From: Eubacteriales bacterium | GTDB lineage: Bacteria > Bacillota > Clostridia > Christensenellales > UBA1750 | Length of the DNA stretch: 64,000 nt | Direction: 5' to 3' | Assembly (NCBI GenBank): GCA_031548365.1 | Contig: JAVBRD010000022.1 | Location: 20,250-84,249, forward strand | Part shown: positions 38,400-49,047 of the stretch, one piece after another | Position numbering within the stretch: position 1 is the first letter of the stretch | How the letters are laid out: the number at the start of each line of letters is the position of its first letter | Position numbers and translations under genes: made by a program | Notes under the pieces: model-generated | Database searches by the model: none | What the model was told of the DNA's origin: nothing | The model's input: the letters and a program-made list of their open reading frames with translations, nothing else

Positions 38400-39098
38400 A
38401 TGAGAAAACGCAGATTGATCGCGGTCCTGCTCGCGGCATCCATCGCCACGGCGAATACAACGGCATTTGCCGCCGGCAGTATTTCATGCCCGCAAACCAA
38501 CGGACTTATACAGGTCAGCCCCGGCGTTTACAAAGTATGCCTTGGCTCGCGATTTGGTTTTAGCCTGACACTGCCGGGCAATCTCATTCCGGACTCCATT
38601 CGAAACCCGCAGGCTTCGTGCCCGGCAACTTCAGCCCCGGCTCCCACTGCACCCGTAACTACGGCCAAGCCGACGGCGACGCCTTCTCCAAGTCCCGATC
38701 ATTATACACAAGCCGTCTGTAGCGCGCAAGCACAACAAATGGCGCAATGGATCAATCAGGAGCGCGTCAAGAATGGCTTGTCGCAGCTGCCGCTCGACGC
38801 GAGCCTCTGTAAAGTCGCGACCGTGAAGTCGCAGGACATGCTTGATAAGAATTACTTTGCTCATGAATCGCCCACGTATGGGAGCATGGCGACGATGCTA
38901 AAGACATTTGGCGTGCCCTTTGCTTCCTGCGGCGAGAACATCGCCTCTCACGCCAGCATTTCGAAAGCTCACGCGGCGTTTATGTCCAGCGAGGGACACC
39001 GTCGCAACATCCTGACAAGCTCATGGACGCGCATGGGTATTGGCGTTGTGTTCGATCGAAATGGTTTTGTTCGCGTCACCGAGGTATTCGCGCGGTAA
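38400..39098 (+). CDS. Secreted CAP/SCP-domain protein (YkwD-like)
   Basis: Signal peptide, P/T linker, NQER, YFAHESPTYG, GENIA, SEGHRRNIL. Confidence 0.9.
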   Translation: MRKRRLIAVLLAASIATANTTAFAAGSISCPQTNGLIQVSPGVYKVCLGSRFGFSLTLPGNLIPDSIRNPQASCPATSAPAPTAPVTTAKPTATPSPSPDHYTQAVCSAQAQQMAQWINQERVKNGLSQLPLDASLCKVATVKSQDMLDKNYFAHESPTYGSMATMLKTFGVPFASCGENIASHASISKAHAAFMSSEGHRRNILTSSWTRMGIGVVFDRNGFVRVTEVFAR

Positions 39099-39277
39099 CA
39101 GGCCGGATGCCACAGCGAAGGGGTGCGGGAGAGCGGTGCTCGCCTGCGCTCCTTCTGCTTGTATGCCAACAGATATGCAAAATATGAAAGGAATCTTTTA
39201 AGGATGCGCGCGTTTGGAGTGTGCAAAAGCCATGGCGTGTGGTATAATAAAGATTATTTGGCTTGTGGAGGGACTTC

Positions 39278-40153
39278 GTGGTCAGCATGACAGGTTATGG
39301 CCGCGCGACGGCCGAAAGCGACGGCAGAGAAATCACCGTTGAACTCAGATCAGTCAATCACCGGTTCTTGGATGTTGCGTTCCGCCTTCCGCGCTCGTTT
39401 GCGTACTTGGAAGAACCGGCGCGTCAAGCGATCGCTGCGGTCGCAGCGCGCGGACATGTCGATGTGTTTGCAGCGTATAAAAACCGGCGCGAAGACCGGT
39501 ATCAGCTGACGGTTGATAAAGCACTGGCCCTTGCGTACGCCAAAGCGGTCACTGAGCTCAAGGGGGCCATTGATCTTCGTGACGACGTAGGTCTATCCAA
39601 AATTATGTCCTTGCCGGACGTGATCGACCTTGGTGAAAAAGAGGACGACCGCGACGCGGTTCAAGTGTTGTTCATTGAAGCGCTTTCGACTGCGCTGGCC
39701 GGCATGAACGCCATGAGGCGCGCGGAAGGCGGACGCCTTCGTTCAGACATGGAGGAAAAGCTTTCGGAGCTTGCTTCGTATGTCGATCAGGTGGCCGAGC
39801 GGTCACCGCAAATCGCCAAAGCGCTTGTGGACAAGCTGAACGCGCGGCTCGCGGAGCTTCTCGGAGGAACACAGCTCGACCCCTCGAGGCTTCACCAGGA
39901 GGCAGCGCTTATGGCCGACCGCGCGGCAATTGATGAAGAAATCGTTCGCCTGAGGAGCCACATGCGCGCTTTCGCAAGTGAGTGCGGCCAAAACGGTTCT
40001 GTCGGAAAAAAACTGGACTTCATCATTCAGGAGATGAACCGTGAAGTGAACACCATCGGGTCCAAAGCGGCGGATCTCGAAATCGGGAGTATCGTCATCG
40101 CGGCGAAGGCCATCATCGAAAAACTCAGGGAACAGGTGCAAAACATAGAATAG
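39278..40153 (+). CDS. yicC: YicC/YloC endoribonuclease
   Basis: SMTGYG, SVNHRFLD, QEMNREVNTIGSK, REQVQNIE; TGGTATAAT at 39240-39248. Confidence 0.93.
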   Translation: MVSMTGYGRATAESDGREITVELRSVNHRFLDVAFRLPRSFAYLEEPARQAIAAVAARGHVDVFAAYKNRREDRYQLTVDKALALAYAKAVTELKGAIDLRDDVGLSKIMSLPDVIDLGEKEDDRDAVQVLFIEALSTALAGMNAMRRAEGGRLRSDMEEKLSELASYVDQVAERSPQIAKALVDKLNARLAELLGGTQLDPSRLHQEAALMADRAAIDEEIVRLRSHMRAFASECGQNGSVGKKLDFIIQEMNREVNTIGSKAADLEIGSIVIAAKAIIEKLREQVQNIE

Positions 40154-40168
40154 GTGGTGCACACGTAA

Positions 40169-40462
40169 ATGAACATCAAGCTGATCAACGTAGGCTTTGG
40201 CAATATCGTATCCGCGAACCGGCTCATCGCCATTGTCAGTCCCGAATCCGCGCCCATCAAGCGCATCGTGACTGACGCACGAGACCGCGGCATGCTCATT
40301 GACGCCACATACGGCAGAAGAACGCGCGCGGTGCTCATCGCGGACTCCGGCCATGTCATTTTATCGGCGGTGCAGCCTGAAACGGTTGCCCACAGGCTCG
40401 ATCACAACAAGGACGTCACCACGGTTGGCGCTGAGGAAGAAGAGGAGGTCGCGGAGGAATGA
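40169..40462 (+). CDS. remA: RemA/DUF370 regulator
   Basis: [26 protein letters not shown]. Confidence 0.93.
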   Translation: MNIKLINVGFGNIVSANRLIAIVSPESAPIKRIVTDARDRGMLIDATYGRRTRAVLIADSGHVILSAVQPETVAHRLDHNKDVTTVGAEEEEEVAEE

Positions 40463-41076
40463 GCGACCGGCTCCTAGTCGTGATCGCAGCGCCGTCCGCG
40501 ACGGGCAAAAGCACGGTGATCACAAGGCTAACCGAGCGCAGACCCGACCTCTTCGTATCCATTTCGGTCACGACGCGCGCCATGCGTGCGGGTGAAGCCG
40601 ACGGCATCCACTATCATTTCGTCACGGATGATGCGTTTGAAAAAATGATATCAGATGGCGAGCTGCTCGAGTACGCGGGCGTATGGAAGAAACGATATGG
40701 AACGCCTGCGGAACCGGTTCGGGAAGCGCTTGCGCGCGGGTGCGACGTTGTCTTTGATATTGACGTGCAAGGCGCGGTGCAGATCCGCAAATCGTGTCCG
40801 GACTGTGTTTTGATCTTCATGGTCACACCCAGCGTCGATGAGATGAAGCGAAGGCTCATCGGCCGTGGCACCGAGACTGCGGAACAGGTCACGTTGAGGC
40901 TTGCGGGCGCAGCGCGGGAGATGGAGACGGCGTCGTCGTTTGACTACCTGGTCGTCAACGAACGCGTTGATCAGGCGGCGGACGATATCGAAGCGATCAT
41001 CGACGCGGAACGGCTCCGCATGAGCCGCAAGGCGTCTTTGCTGGATAAACTCAAGGAGGAAGCCAAATCATGTTGA
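40459..41076 (+). CDS. gmk: Guanylate kinase
   Basis: [21 protein letters not shown]. Confidence 0.93.
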   Translation: MSDRLLVVIAAPSATGKSTVITRLTERRPDLFVSISVTTRAMRAGEADGIHYHFVTDDAFEKMISDGELLEYAGVWKKRYGTPAEPVREALARGCDVVFDIDVQGAVQIRKSCPDCVLIFMVTPSVDEMKRRLIGRGTETAEQVTLRLAGAAREMETASSFDYLVVNERVDQAADDIEAIIDAERLRMSRKASLLDKLKEEAKSC

Positions 41077-41276
41077 TTGATCCCCCCATCACAGCCCTGA
41101 ACGAAAAAGCCGATTGCCGTTACACGTTGGTGGTTGAAACGGCTATGCGGGCACGGCGCCTCGTCGAAGGCGATCAGCCGCTCATTGAGACAAAGGAGAC
41201 CAAGGCGGTGTCCATCGCTGTCGACGAAATCAACCGCGGCCTTATCCGCTTCCGCAGGCTTGAGTCCGACGCATGA
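41070..41276 (+). CDS. rpoZ: RNA polymerase omega subunit
   Basis: RYTLV..A.RAR, K.VSIA..EI; follows gmk. Confidence 0.9.
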   Translation: MLIDPPITALNEKADCRYTLVVETAMRARRLVEGDQPLIETKETKAVSIAVDEINRGLIRFRRLESDA

Positions 41277-42487
41277 GCGAGGGACGTCTGGCCGGACACC
41301 GCATCGTGCTTGGCGTGACGGGCGGCATTGCGGCCTATAAATCCTGCGAGGTCGTCTCGCGTCTGGTTAAGCTGGGCGCGGAGGTCAGCGTTGTGATGAC
41401 GCGGAACGCGACCCAGTTTGTCACCCCCCTGACATTCGAATCGCTCGCTAATCGCCCGGTGGTCAGCGACACATTCGAGCGACCGGAAACGTGGGAGGTC
41501 GAGCACATCGCGCTGGCCAAGCGGGCGGATGTGTTTGTTGTTGCGCCGGCGACGGCCAATTTTGTCGGAAAGTTTGCGAATGGCATTGCGGACGACATGC
41601 TAACGACGACCGTCATCGCCACGCGCGCACCCGTTCTGATCGCGCCCGCGATGAACGACGGCATGTGGGAAAATGTCGCGGTTCGCGAAAATATGGACAA
41701 GCTGACCTCGCGCGGCGTGCGCACGGTCGGCCCGAACGAGGGACGCATGGCCTGCGGAACGTCTGGTATGGGCCGCATGGCGGAGCCGGCTGAGATTGTG
41801 GAGGCCATCGAACGGATACTGCGTGCTAAAGAGGACCTCAAGGGCCTCAAAGTACTCGTCACCGCGGGTCCGACGCGCGAGAAAATAGACCCGGTGCGCT
41901 ACATCACCAACCGCTCCAGCGGCAAAATGGGATACGCCATCGCGCGCGCAGCGGCAATGCGCGGCGCGGAGGTCACACTTGTGAGCGGGCCGGTCAACCT
42001 TATGCCGCCAAGCGGTGTGAACCTTGTGCCGGTTGAAACCACGCTTGACCTACATGACCGCATGGCGGAGCTCGCCCCAAAAGCGGACATCGTGATTCAG
42101 TCGGCCGCGGCCGCAGATTACCGAATGGCGGAAATCGTGGCTGAAAAAATCAAGAAGTCGGCGGGGGAGCCCATGACGCTTACGCTGGTGGAGAACCCCG
42201 ACGTGGCCCGCATGGTGGGGCAGGGCAAGCGCGCCGATCAAACGTTCGTAGGCTTCGCGGCGGAAACAAACAACGTTGTCGAGAACGCACGCGGTAAAAT
42301 TGAACGCAAAAACTGCGACCTGCTCGTGGCCAACGACGTGACCAAGCCCGGCGCAGGCTTTGATGTGGATACCAACATCGCTTCGCTCATCACGCGCGAA
42401 AGCGTTGAGGATCTGCCCCTCATGAGCAAGGATGAGCTTGCCGACCGGATACTCGACCGCGTGCTGGCGCTTCGGCATGTACGCTGA
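41273..42487 (+). CDS. coaBC: Phosphopantothenoylcysteine decarboxylase/ligase
   Basis: TGGIAAYK, PAMN, TAGPTRE.IDPVR, GFAAET. Confidence 0.96.
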   Translation: MSEGRLAGHRIVLGVTGGIAAYKSCEVVSRLVKLGAEVSVVMTRNATQFVTPLTFESLANRPVVSDTFERPETWEVEHIALAKRADVFVVAPATANFVGKFANGIADDMLTTTVIATRAPVLIAPAMNDGMWENVAVRENMDKLTSRGVRTVGPNEGRMACGTSGMGRMAEPAEIVEAIERILRAKEDLKGLKVLVTAGPTREKIDPVRYITNRSSGKMGYAIARAAAMRGAEVTLVSGPVNLMPPSGVNLVPVETTLDLHDRMAELAPKADIVIQSAAAADYRMAEIVAEKIKKSAGEPMTLTLVENPDVARMVGQGKRADQTFVGFAAETNNVVENARGKIERKNCDLLVANDVTKPGAGFDVDTNIASLITRESVEDLPLMSKDELADRILDRVLALRHVR

Positions 42488-44684
42488 GGTCATCGTCGAC
42501 GTACATCACCAAAGTCTTGACCGTGTGTTCACATACCGTGTTCCCGATGAACTGGACGTCCGGCGCGGGCACCGCGTATCGGTTCCCTTTCACGGGCGCT
42601 CAATCGAAGGCTTCGTGCTCGATCTGTGTGAGACAACCGCCCTTAAGGAGAGCATCGTCAAGGACATTCACCGTGTGCTCGACGAGGAACCCGCACTCCT
42701 CGCGCACATGATCGACCTCGCGCTCCACATCCGAGACACATCGCACAGCTTGCTGGTGGACGCGCTCCGCCTCCTTATCCCCGCGCAGATGCGCGGCGGG
42801 CGCGTGCGTGAAAAGACGGTTCGCATCGCGGTATGCGCGCTCAGCGCTTCGGGGCTGGAAGCGGCGCTGGGCACATTGAAGCGCGCGCCAAAGCAAAAAC
42901 AAGCGCTTGAGCTGCTCTTTGCGAACGGTGAACTGCCCGCGACGGTGCTTGGTCCGACACTCCCGCCGCTAGTTGCGCGAGGTTACGCGACGATTCGCGA
43001 GGATCGGGTTCGCCGCGTGCCGCATCGAGGGATATCACCGCGTTCGGCGCTTCCGTTCCAGCCGTCTCGCGATCAGGCGCGCGTGTTGGAGAGGCTGTTG
43101 CGAGCGTATCAGGAACGAAAAGGCAGTTTCCTTTTGCATGGTGTCACAGGAAGCGGCAAAACTGAGGTGTACCTCCAACTTATACAGCGAGCTCTTGACG
43201 ACGGACGGCAGGCGATTTTGCTGGTTCCGGAAATTGCGCTCACGCCCCAGATGGTCGACTGGTTTCGCGCGAGATTTCCCGAAGATGTGGCGGTGCTGCA
43301 TTCCCGGCTATCGGTTGGGGAGCGTTTCGATGAGTGGCGCAGGATACGCGAGGGCGGGGCGCGGCTTGTGGTCGGCGCTCGATCTGCGGTATTTGCGCCG
43401 TTTGACAACCTGGGCGTGATCGTTGTGGACGAGGAGCACGAGACGAGCTACCTAAGCGACCATTCTCCGCGCTATGACGCCCGCGAGGTCGCGCAAAACC
43501 GCGCGGAACGCGAAGGCGCAGTGCTCGTCCTGGGAAGCGCGACGCCTTCGGTGACAACGTATCTGCGAGCGCAAAAGGGCGAGCTTGAGTTGATCGAGCT
43601 GCCGGAGCGCGTGATGGCGCGGCCCATGCCCGAAGTGTGCGTGGTCGACATGCGCCGGGAGCTTGTGGGCGGCAACCGCTCGGTTATTTCGCAGACGCTG
43701 CTCTCTGAGTTGCGCGCGACGGCAGTAGCGGGACGACAGTCCATGCTGCTGCTTAACCGGCGAGGGTACCACCCCTTCATCACCTGCCGTTCTTGTGGAA
43801 AAACGGTGAAGTGTCCGCACTGCGACGTCTCGCTGACATACCATCAGGACGGCATGGCGCGTTGCCACTACTGTGAGTATTCCATCCCTCCGCCCAAGAG
43901 TTGCCCCGCGTGCGAAAGCACGTGGATCAAGATGTTTGGCGCTGGCACGCAGAAGATCGAAGAAGAGCTCCGGGAGCTTCTCCCGGGCGTATCCATGCTG
44001 CGCATGGACAACGACACAACGCGCGGCAAGGATGGCCACGAAAAAATCCTCAGCGAGTTTCGCGAGGGGCGGGCGCAAGTGCTCATCGGAACGCAGATGA
44101 TCGCCAAAGGCCACGATTTTCCGCGCGTGACGCTGGTGGGTATACTCGCGGCGGATTTGACGCTTCATGTACCAGATTACAGGAGCGAGGAGCGGTGTTT
44201 CCAGCTCATCACGCAGATGGCGGGGCGTGCCGGGCGAGGATTCGACCCCGGGCGCGTGATCGTGCAGACGTATGATCCTGACCACTACGCAGTTGCGAAC
44301 GCTGCGCGACAGGATTACCACGCGTTTTACACAGAGGAAATACGCAGAAGACGCGTGAGCCTGTATCCTCCGTTTGCGGAAGTGGCGAGGTTGTTGTGCT
44401 CCTCGCAGAGCGCGGACGCGGCGCGGGACACGGCGTTATCTCTTGAAGAAGAAATGCGCGGGGTTTTCAGGATCAACCCGGTGTACGCGCGCGCACTTGT
44501 CCAAATGCGCGCGATGGAAGCGCCAATCGGTCGCTTGCGCGACGAAGCGCGCTGGATGCTCTTTTTGAAGCTCTACCCCGGGGACGCGGGGGCGGCTGTA
44601 GTTGAGGAACTGGCCAGAATGTCCAGAAAAGACGGATTTGCAGCGCGGGTGCAGCTCGAAGTCAATCCTCAGAGCATGATGTAA
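42477..44684 (+). CDS. priA: Primosomal protein N'
   Basis: GVTGSGKT, DEEH, four CxxC motifs, GRAGR. Confidence 0.95.
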   Translation: MYAEVIVDVHHQSLDRVFTYRVPDELDVRRGHRVSVPFHGRSIEGFVLDLCETTALKESIVKDIHRVLDEEPALLAHMIDLALHIRDTSHSLLVDALRLLIPAQMRGGRVREKTVRIAVCALSASGLEAALGTLKRAPKQKQALELLFANGELPATVLGPTLPPLVARGYATIREDRVRRVPHRGISPRSALPFQPSRDQARVLERLLRAYQERKGSFLLHGVTGSGKTEVYLQLIQRALDDGRQAILLVPEIALTPQMVDWFRARFPEDVAVLHSRLSVGERFDEWRRIREGGARLVVGARSAVFAPFDNLGVIVVDEEHETSYLSDHSPRYDAREVAQNRAEREGAVLVLGSATPSVTTYLRAQKGELELIELPERVMARPMPEVCVVDMRRELVGGNRSVISQTLLSELRATAVAGRQSMLLLNRRGYHPFITCRSCGKTVKCPHCDVSLTYHQDGMARCHYCEYSIPPPKSCPACESTWIKMFGAGTQKIEEELRELLPGVSMLRMDNDTTRGKDGHEKILSEFREGRAQVLIGTQMIAKGHDFPRVTLVGILAADLTLHVPDYRSEERCFQLITQMAGRAGRGFDPGRVIVQTYDPDHYAVANAARQDYHAFYTEEIRRRRVSLYPPFAEVARLLCSSQSADAARDTALSLEEEMRGVFRINPVYARALVQMRAMEAPIGRLRDEARWMLFLKLYPGDAGAAVVEELARMSRKDGFAARVQLEVNPQSMM

Positions 44685-44708
44685 CGACCTAAAGAACGGG
44701 TGAAGAAC

Positions 44709-45185
44709 ATGGCGATTCGGCGAATCATGAAAATCGGAGACGACGTACTCCGAAAAACCGCGCACAAAGTTACAAAGTTTGACGCTAAACTTCATACGCT
44801 GCTCGACGACATGCACGAAACCATGATTGCGGCAGACGGCGCGGGGCTTGCGGCGCCGCAGGTGGGCATCCTGCGCAGGATCGCCGTGGTGGACGTGGGC
44901 GAAGGCAAAATCGAGATCGTCAATCCTGAAATAGTGTTTTCAGAGGGTGAAGTGCTTGATATCGAAGGCTGCTTGAGCGTCGAGGGGCGGCGCGGCAAAG
45001 TCAGGCGGCCGCAGAAGGTGACCGTGCGCGCGCAGGACAGGCATGGAGAGTGGTTTGAGCGAACGGGCGAGGGGTATCTCGCGCGGGCGTTCAGCCACGA
45101 GATCGACCACTTAAACGGCGTCCTTTTCGTAGACATGATCGAAGAGGAGGTGGCGCATGAGGATTCTGTTTCTCGGCACGCCTGA
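44709..45185 (+). CDS. def: Peptide deformylase
   Basis: GLAAPQVG, EGCLS, HEIDH. Confidence 0.96.
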   Translation: MAIRRIMKIGDDVLRKTAHKVTKFDAKLHTLLDDMHETMIAADGAGLAAPQVGILRRIAVVDVGEGKIEIVNPEIVFSEGEVLDIEGCLSVEGRRGKVRRPQKVTVRAQDRHGEWFERTGEGYLARAFSHEIDHLNGVLFVDMIEEEVAHEDSVSRHA

Positions 45186-46056
45186 TTTCGGCGTTCCATC
45201 CCTGCGAGCTCTGCACGCGGCGGGGCATGAGATTGGTGGGGTATTCTGCCAACCCGACAGGCCGAGCGGCAGAGGGAACAAATTGACGCTTTGTCCGGTG
45301 AAAACAGCGGCGCTCGAACTGTCGCTGCCGGTGTATCAGTTTGAGAGGATCAGAGGCAAAGAAGGGCTTGCCTGCATGCGCGCGCTCGCGCCGGATGTGG
45401 TCGTTACAGCCGCGTTTGGCCAGATTCTATCGCAGAAGAACCTTGACATCCCAAAGCGTGGAACGATTAACGTGCATGGCTCGCTCCTGCCAAAGTACCG
45501 CGGTGCAGCACCCATACAGTGGGCGATTATTCACGGAGAAACCGAGACGGGCGTCACGACGATGCTCACGGCGGCGGGCATCGACACAGGGGACATCCTC
45601 CTTTGTGAAAAGACGGCTATCGGAGACAACGAGACGGCGGGCGAGCTGTTCACGCGGCTAGCGGACATGGGCGCTCGCCTCATCGTGCAAACGCTTGATG
45701 AGCTCGACGACATCACGCCCGTGCCGCAAAGCGAGGCCGAGGCCACCCACTGCCCAATGCTCACGAAGGAGCACGGGCGGATTGATTTTGCCAGGACAGT
45801 CCAGGAAGTCCGCAACCTCGTGCGCGGCTGTGACCCGTGGCCGGCGGCTCATTTTGAAGTGAACGGAAAGACGATCAAGGTGTACGGCACACAAAACGCA
45901 TCCGGAGAGGGCGTTTGCGGAAGTGTGCTTTGTGCGGATGAAAGACGCGGGCTGGTGGTCGCCTGCGCGGATGGAGCGGTTGAACTGACCGAAATACAGG
46001 TCCCGGGTGGGAAGCGCATGAGCGCGCGTGATTGGCTTCGCGGCCATCAGCTATAA
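45157..46056 (+). CDS. fmt: Methionyl-tRNA formyltransferase
   Basis: GTPDF, NVHGSLLPKYRGAAP. Confidence 0.96.
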   Translation: MRILFLGTPDFGVPSLRALHAAGHEIGGVFCQPDRPSGRGNKLTLCPVKTAALELSLPVYQFERIRGKEGLACMRALAPDVVVTAAFGQILSQKNLDIPKRGTINVHGSLLPKYRGAAPIQWAIIHGETETGVTTMLTAAGIDTGDILLCEKTAIGDNETAGELFTRLADMGARLIVQTLDELDDITPVPQSEAEATHCPMLTKEHGRIDFARTVQEVRNLVRGCDPWPAAHFEVNGKTIKVYGTQNASGEGVCGSVLCADERRGLVVACADGAVELTEIQVPGGKRMSARDWLRGHQL

Positions 46057-46067
46057 GGAGATAAAGA

Positions 46068-47990
46068 ATGAACGACGGACACAACCCCAATCAGCCGCAG
46101 CGGCCTGATGGTAACAAAAAGAACCTTGGCCCCCGCCAACCGCGCACGTTCAGCAACAGACCGCCGCGCCCCGAGGGAGATCGGAAGCCTTATGGCGACC
46201 GCCCCGCGCGTCCGTTCAACGGCCCGCGCCCGGAAGGGGATCGGAAACCGTACAGCCCACGTCCGGAGGGAGATCGGAAGCCCTACGGTGACCGCCCCGC
46301 GCGCCCGTTCAACAGCCCGCGCCCGGAAGGAGATCGCAAGCCGTACAGCCCACGTCCGGAGGGAGATCGGAAGCCCTACGGCGACCGTCCCGCACGCCCG
46401 TTCAACGGGCCACGTCCGGAGGGAGATCGGAAGCCTTACAGCGACCGTCCGCAAGGAGCGCTTAATGCCCGCCCCCCGCGTCCAGAAGGGGATCGCAGAC
46501 CCTATGGTGATCGCCCGCAAGGCAGCTACCGCGAACGCTTTGAGCGTTACAGCAGCGAACGACGCGCCCCGCTTGCGCCCAACGGAGTGCGGATTGAGCC
46601 GTCGTCATCAGCAGATGCCGATGGCGGCACCCGCAACGTTTCCCCGAGCGGACGCTCGCAGGCCACCGCGGCGCGCGTGGTTGCGCTGGAGGCGTTGCTT
46701 GACGTTGTCCAGGGAGGCGCGTTTGGCGGGCTCGCGCTTGACGAGCGTATCAAGGCATGCGAAGGCATTTCCGAACTCGACACAAAGTTCGCGACCGAGC
46801 TTTTCTACGGCACGCTCGACAAGCGAATGTGGCTGGATTGGGCACTCGGCAGCGTGGTTGAGCAGATGCCGGACGACCCAATCTCGCGGGAAGTCCTGCG
46901 CTTAAGCGCATACCAGATGCTCTGCCTTGATCGCGTGCCAGAACAGGCGGTGTGCTCACAAGCGCGTGAGCTCATGCGTGAAAAAAACCGAGACGAACTT
47001 GGTGCGTTTGTGTTCGGCGCGCTCAAGTCGCTTGGACGCATGGAAGTCAAGCCTACGAAGCCTGTGTGCGCAGATAAAGCCGAGGAGATCGCTATCGTGT
47101 GCTCCACGCCCAAGTGGCTGGTTGACGCGTTGATGGAGGATCACGGCGTTCAGGTAGCCGAGGAGTACCTCGCGTATCAACCCGAGCACGGCGTTGTGGA
47201 TGTCCACATTAACCCCACGCTCGTTTTCAAAGGTGAAGAGGACAACGCGCTTGAACAAGCGGGCGGCCCCTTCCTGCAAACCGCGCTCGAAGGTGCGTAC
47301 CGCGTACGAGGAGACGCTGTGCGCAGTCCCGCGTTCTTTAACGGCTTGATCACGGTGCAATCTGTCGCATCGCAGTTGTGCGCGCACGCGCTTATGGCGA
47401 GACGCGGATCGCACATCCTGGACATGTGCGCGGCTCCCGGCGGTAAAACGTGCTATATAGCCGCGCAAATGGGGGGCAGTGGGCGCGTGTACGCGTGGGA
47501 TATCCATCCGCACCGCGTGCAGCTCATCACACAGACCGCGGGACGGCTTAAGCTTGAGAACATCCGTACAGCGGTGCATGATGCGCTAAAAGCCAAGGAG
47601 GAGCTGTTCGGCACAATGGACGGCGTCCTGCTGGACGCTCCGTGTTCGGGCATGGGCGTTGTGCACAACAAGCCTGATCTCAAGTACCGCCTGAAGCCCG
47701 ACGACATCAGCCGGCTCACACAGCAGCAATCGGCGCTCCTTGAGAGTGCGGCGCGGTATGTCAAGACCGGCGGAATCCTCGTCTACAGCACGTGCACGGT
47801 TTTCACAGCAGAGAACGCCGCGGTTGTCAAGGCGTTCCTTGCGGCGCATCCCGAGTTTGCGATGGATTGGCCCGATGGCGTTCTGCCCGACAAGTACCAG
47901 CGGCACGCCACGTCGGATGGGCTGATGCTTTGGCCGGAGCGCGATGGCACGGATGCGTTCTACATCGCGCGAATGAAAAGGAAAGCGTAA
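46068..47990 (+). CDS. rsmB: 16S rRNA m5C967 methyltransferase with repeat-rich N-terminal extension
   Basis: NusB-like domain, CAAPGGK, DAPCSG, YSTCT; SD AAGGAG at the long start. Confidence 0.9.
   Translation: MNDGHNPNQPQRPDGNKKNLGPRQPRTFSNRPPRPEGDRKPYGDRPARPFNGPRPEGDRKPYSPRPEGDRKPYGDRPARPFNSPRPEGDRKPYSPRPEGDRKPYGDRPARPFNGPRPEGDRKPYSDRPQGALNARPPRPEGDRRPYGDRPQGSYRERFERYSSERRAPLAPNGVRIEPSSSADADGGTRNVSPSGRSQATAARVVALEALLDVVQGGAFGGLALDERIKACEGISELDTKFATELFYGTLDKRMWLDWALGSVVEQMPDDPISREVLRLSAYQMLCLDRVPEQAVCSQARELMREKNRDELGAFVFGALKSLGRMEVKPTKPVCADKAEEIAIVCSTPKWLVDALMEDHGVQVAEEYLAYQPEHGVVDVHINPTLVFKGEEDNALEQAGGPFLQTALEGAYRVRGDAVRSPAFFNGLITVQSVASQLCAHALMARRGSHILDMCAAPGGKTCYIAAQMGGSGRVYAWDIHPHRVQLITQTAGRLKLENIRTAVHDALKAKEELFGTMDGVLLDAPCSGMGVVHNKPDLKYRLKPDDISRLTQQQSALLESAARYVKTGGILVYSTCTVFTAENAAVVKAFLAAHPEFAMDWPDGVLPDKYQRHATSDGLMLWPERDGTDAFYIARMKRKA
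46161..46523 (+). repeat. Coding tandem repeat, seven copies of PRPEGDR[KR]PY
   Basis: Alternating 20-aa and 11-aa units (93-bp higher-order period) with synonymous variation between copies. Confidence 0.9.
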
Positions 47991-49033
47991 TGATCGAACT
48001 GCAAGGGCTGATGCCGGGAGAGCTCCAGGAGTACATCATCTCTCTCGGCCAGCCCGCATTCCGCGCAAGACAGGTGTATCCGCTCATCATGCGTGGCGTT
48101 CCGCTTGCGCAGATGACCGCGCTCCCGCGGGCGGCGAAGGACCTGATCGCGGCCTCGGCCACTGAGGTTTCAGCGCGCATAAGGCATCGGTTTGTCTCCG
48201 AGACCGACGGCACGGTCAAGATCGCGTTTGAGCTAAATGACGGCGAGCTGGTCGAGGGCGTGCTCATGCGCTACGATCACGGCACGACGCTCTGCCTGTC
48301 CACACAGGCGGGCTGCCGGATGGGGTGTTCGTTCTGCGCGTCGACCATTGGCGGGCTTACGCGCAACCTGACAGCGGGCGAGATGATGGGCATGGCCATC
48401 GCCGCGCATCTGGACATGGGCGGTGGTTCGGAGCGCAGGCTTGGCAACGTCGTGCTCATGGGCAGCGGCGAGCCGCTTGATAATTATGAGGAAGTCATCC
48501 GGTTCATCCGCGTGATCAATTGCGAAGCGGGCATGAACATCGGCATGCGGCACATATCACTTTCAACGTGTGGGTTGGTCGATGGTATTGAGCGTTTGAC
48601 GGATGAGGATTTGCCTGTAACGCTCTCCATATCGCTCCACGCTCCGGACGACGCTTTGCGTCAAACGCTGATGCCCGTAGCGAATAAATGGCGCTTGCAG
48701 GAATTGATGCGTGCGTGCCGCGAATACATATCGCGGACTGGGCGAAGGGTCATCTTTGAGTACGCGCTCATACAGGGCGTTAACGATCGCTCAGAGCACG
48801 CGGTCGCGCTCTCAAAGCTCATGCGCGGCATGCAGGCCCACATCAACCTCATCCCGCTCAACGGCGTGCCCGAGCGCGCTCTTCGCGGAGTGACCCGCGC
48901 AGATGCACAGAAATTCAGGCAGCAGCTGGAGGATTTGGGCGTCTCAGCGACGGTCAGGCGCGAAATGGGCACTGACATCGAGGGCGCGTGCGGCCAGTTG
49001 AGGAGACGGCTTCTTCAGGATAAACAGGGATAG
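47990..49033 (+). CDS. rlmN: Dual-specificity RNA methyltransferase (radical SAM)
   Basis: CRMGCSFC, MGSGEP, GACGQL. Confidence 0.95.
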   Translation: MIELQGLMPGELQEYIISLGQPAFRARQVYPLIMRGVPLAQMTALPRAAKDLIAASATEVSARIRHRFVSETDGTVKIAFELNDGELVEGVLMRYDHGTTLCLSTQAGCRMGCSFCASTIGGLTRNLTAGEMMGMAIAAHLDMGGGSERRLGNVVLMGSGEPLDNYEEVIRFIRVINCEAGMNIGMRHISLSTCGLVDGIERLTDEDLPVTLSISLHAPDDALRQTLMPVANKWRLQELMRACREYISRTGRRVIFEYALIQGVNDRSEHAVALSKLMRGMQAHINLIPLNGVPERALRGVTRADAQKFRQQLEDLGVSATVRREMGTDIEGACGQLRRRLLQDKQG

Positions 49034-49047
49034 ACGACTTTGGGGGT

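Noticed and set aside
46161-46523. Possible CRISPR-like array
   Set aside because: The units are in-frame multiples of 3 with synonymous variation and repeated 'spacers', and there are no cas genes; it is a coding repeat.
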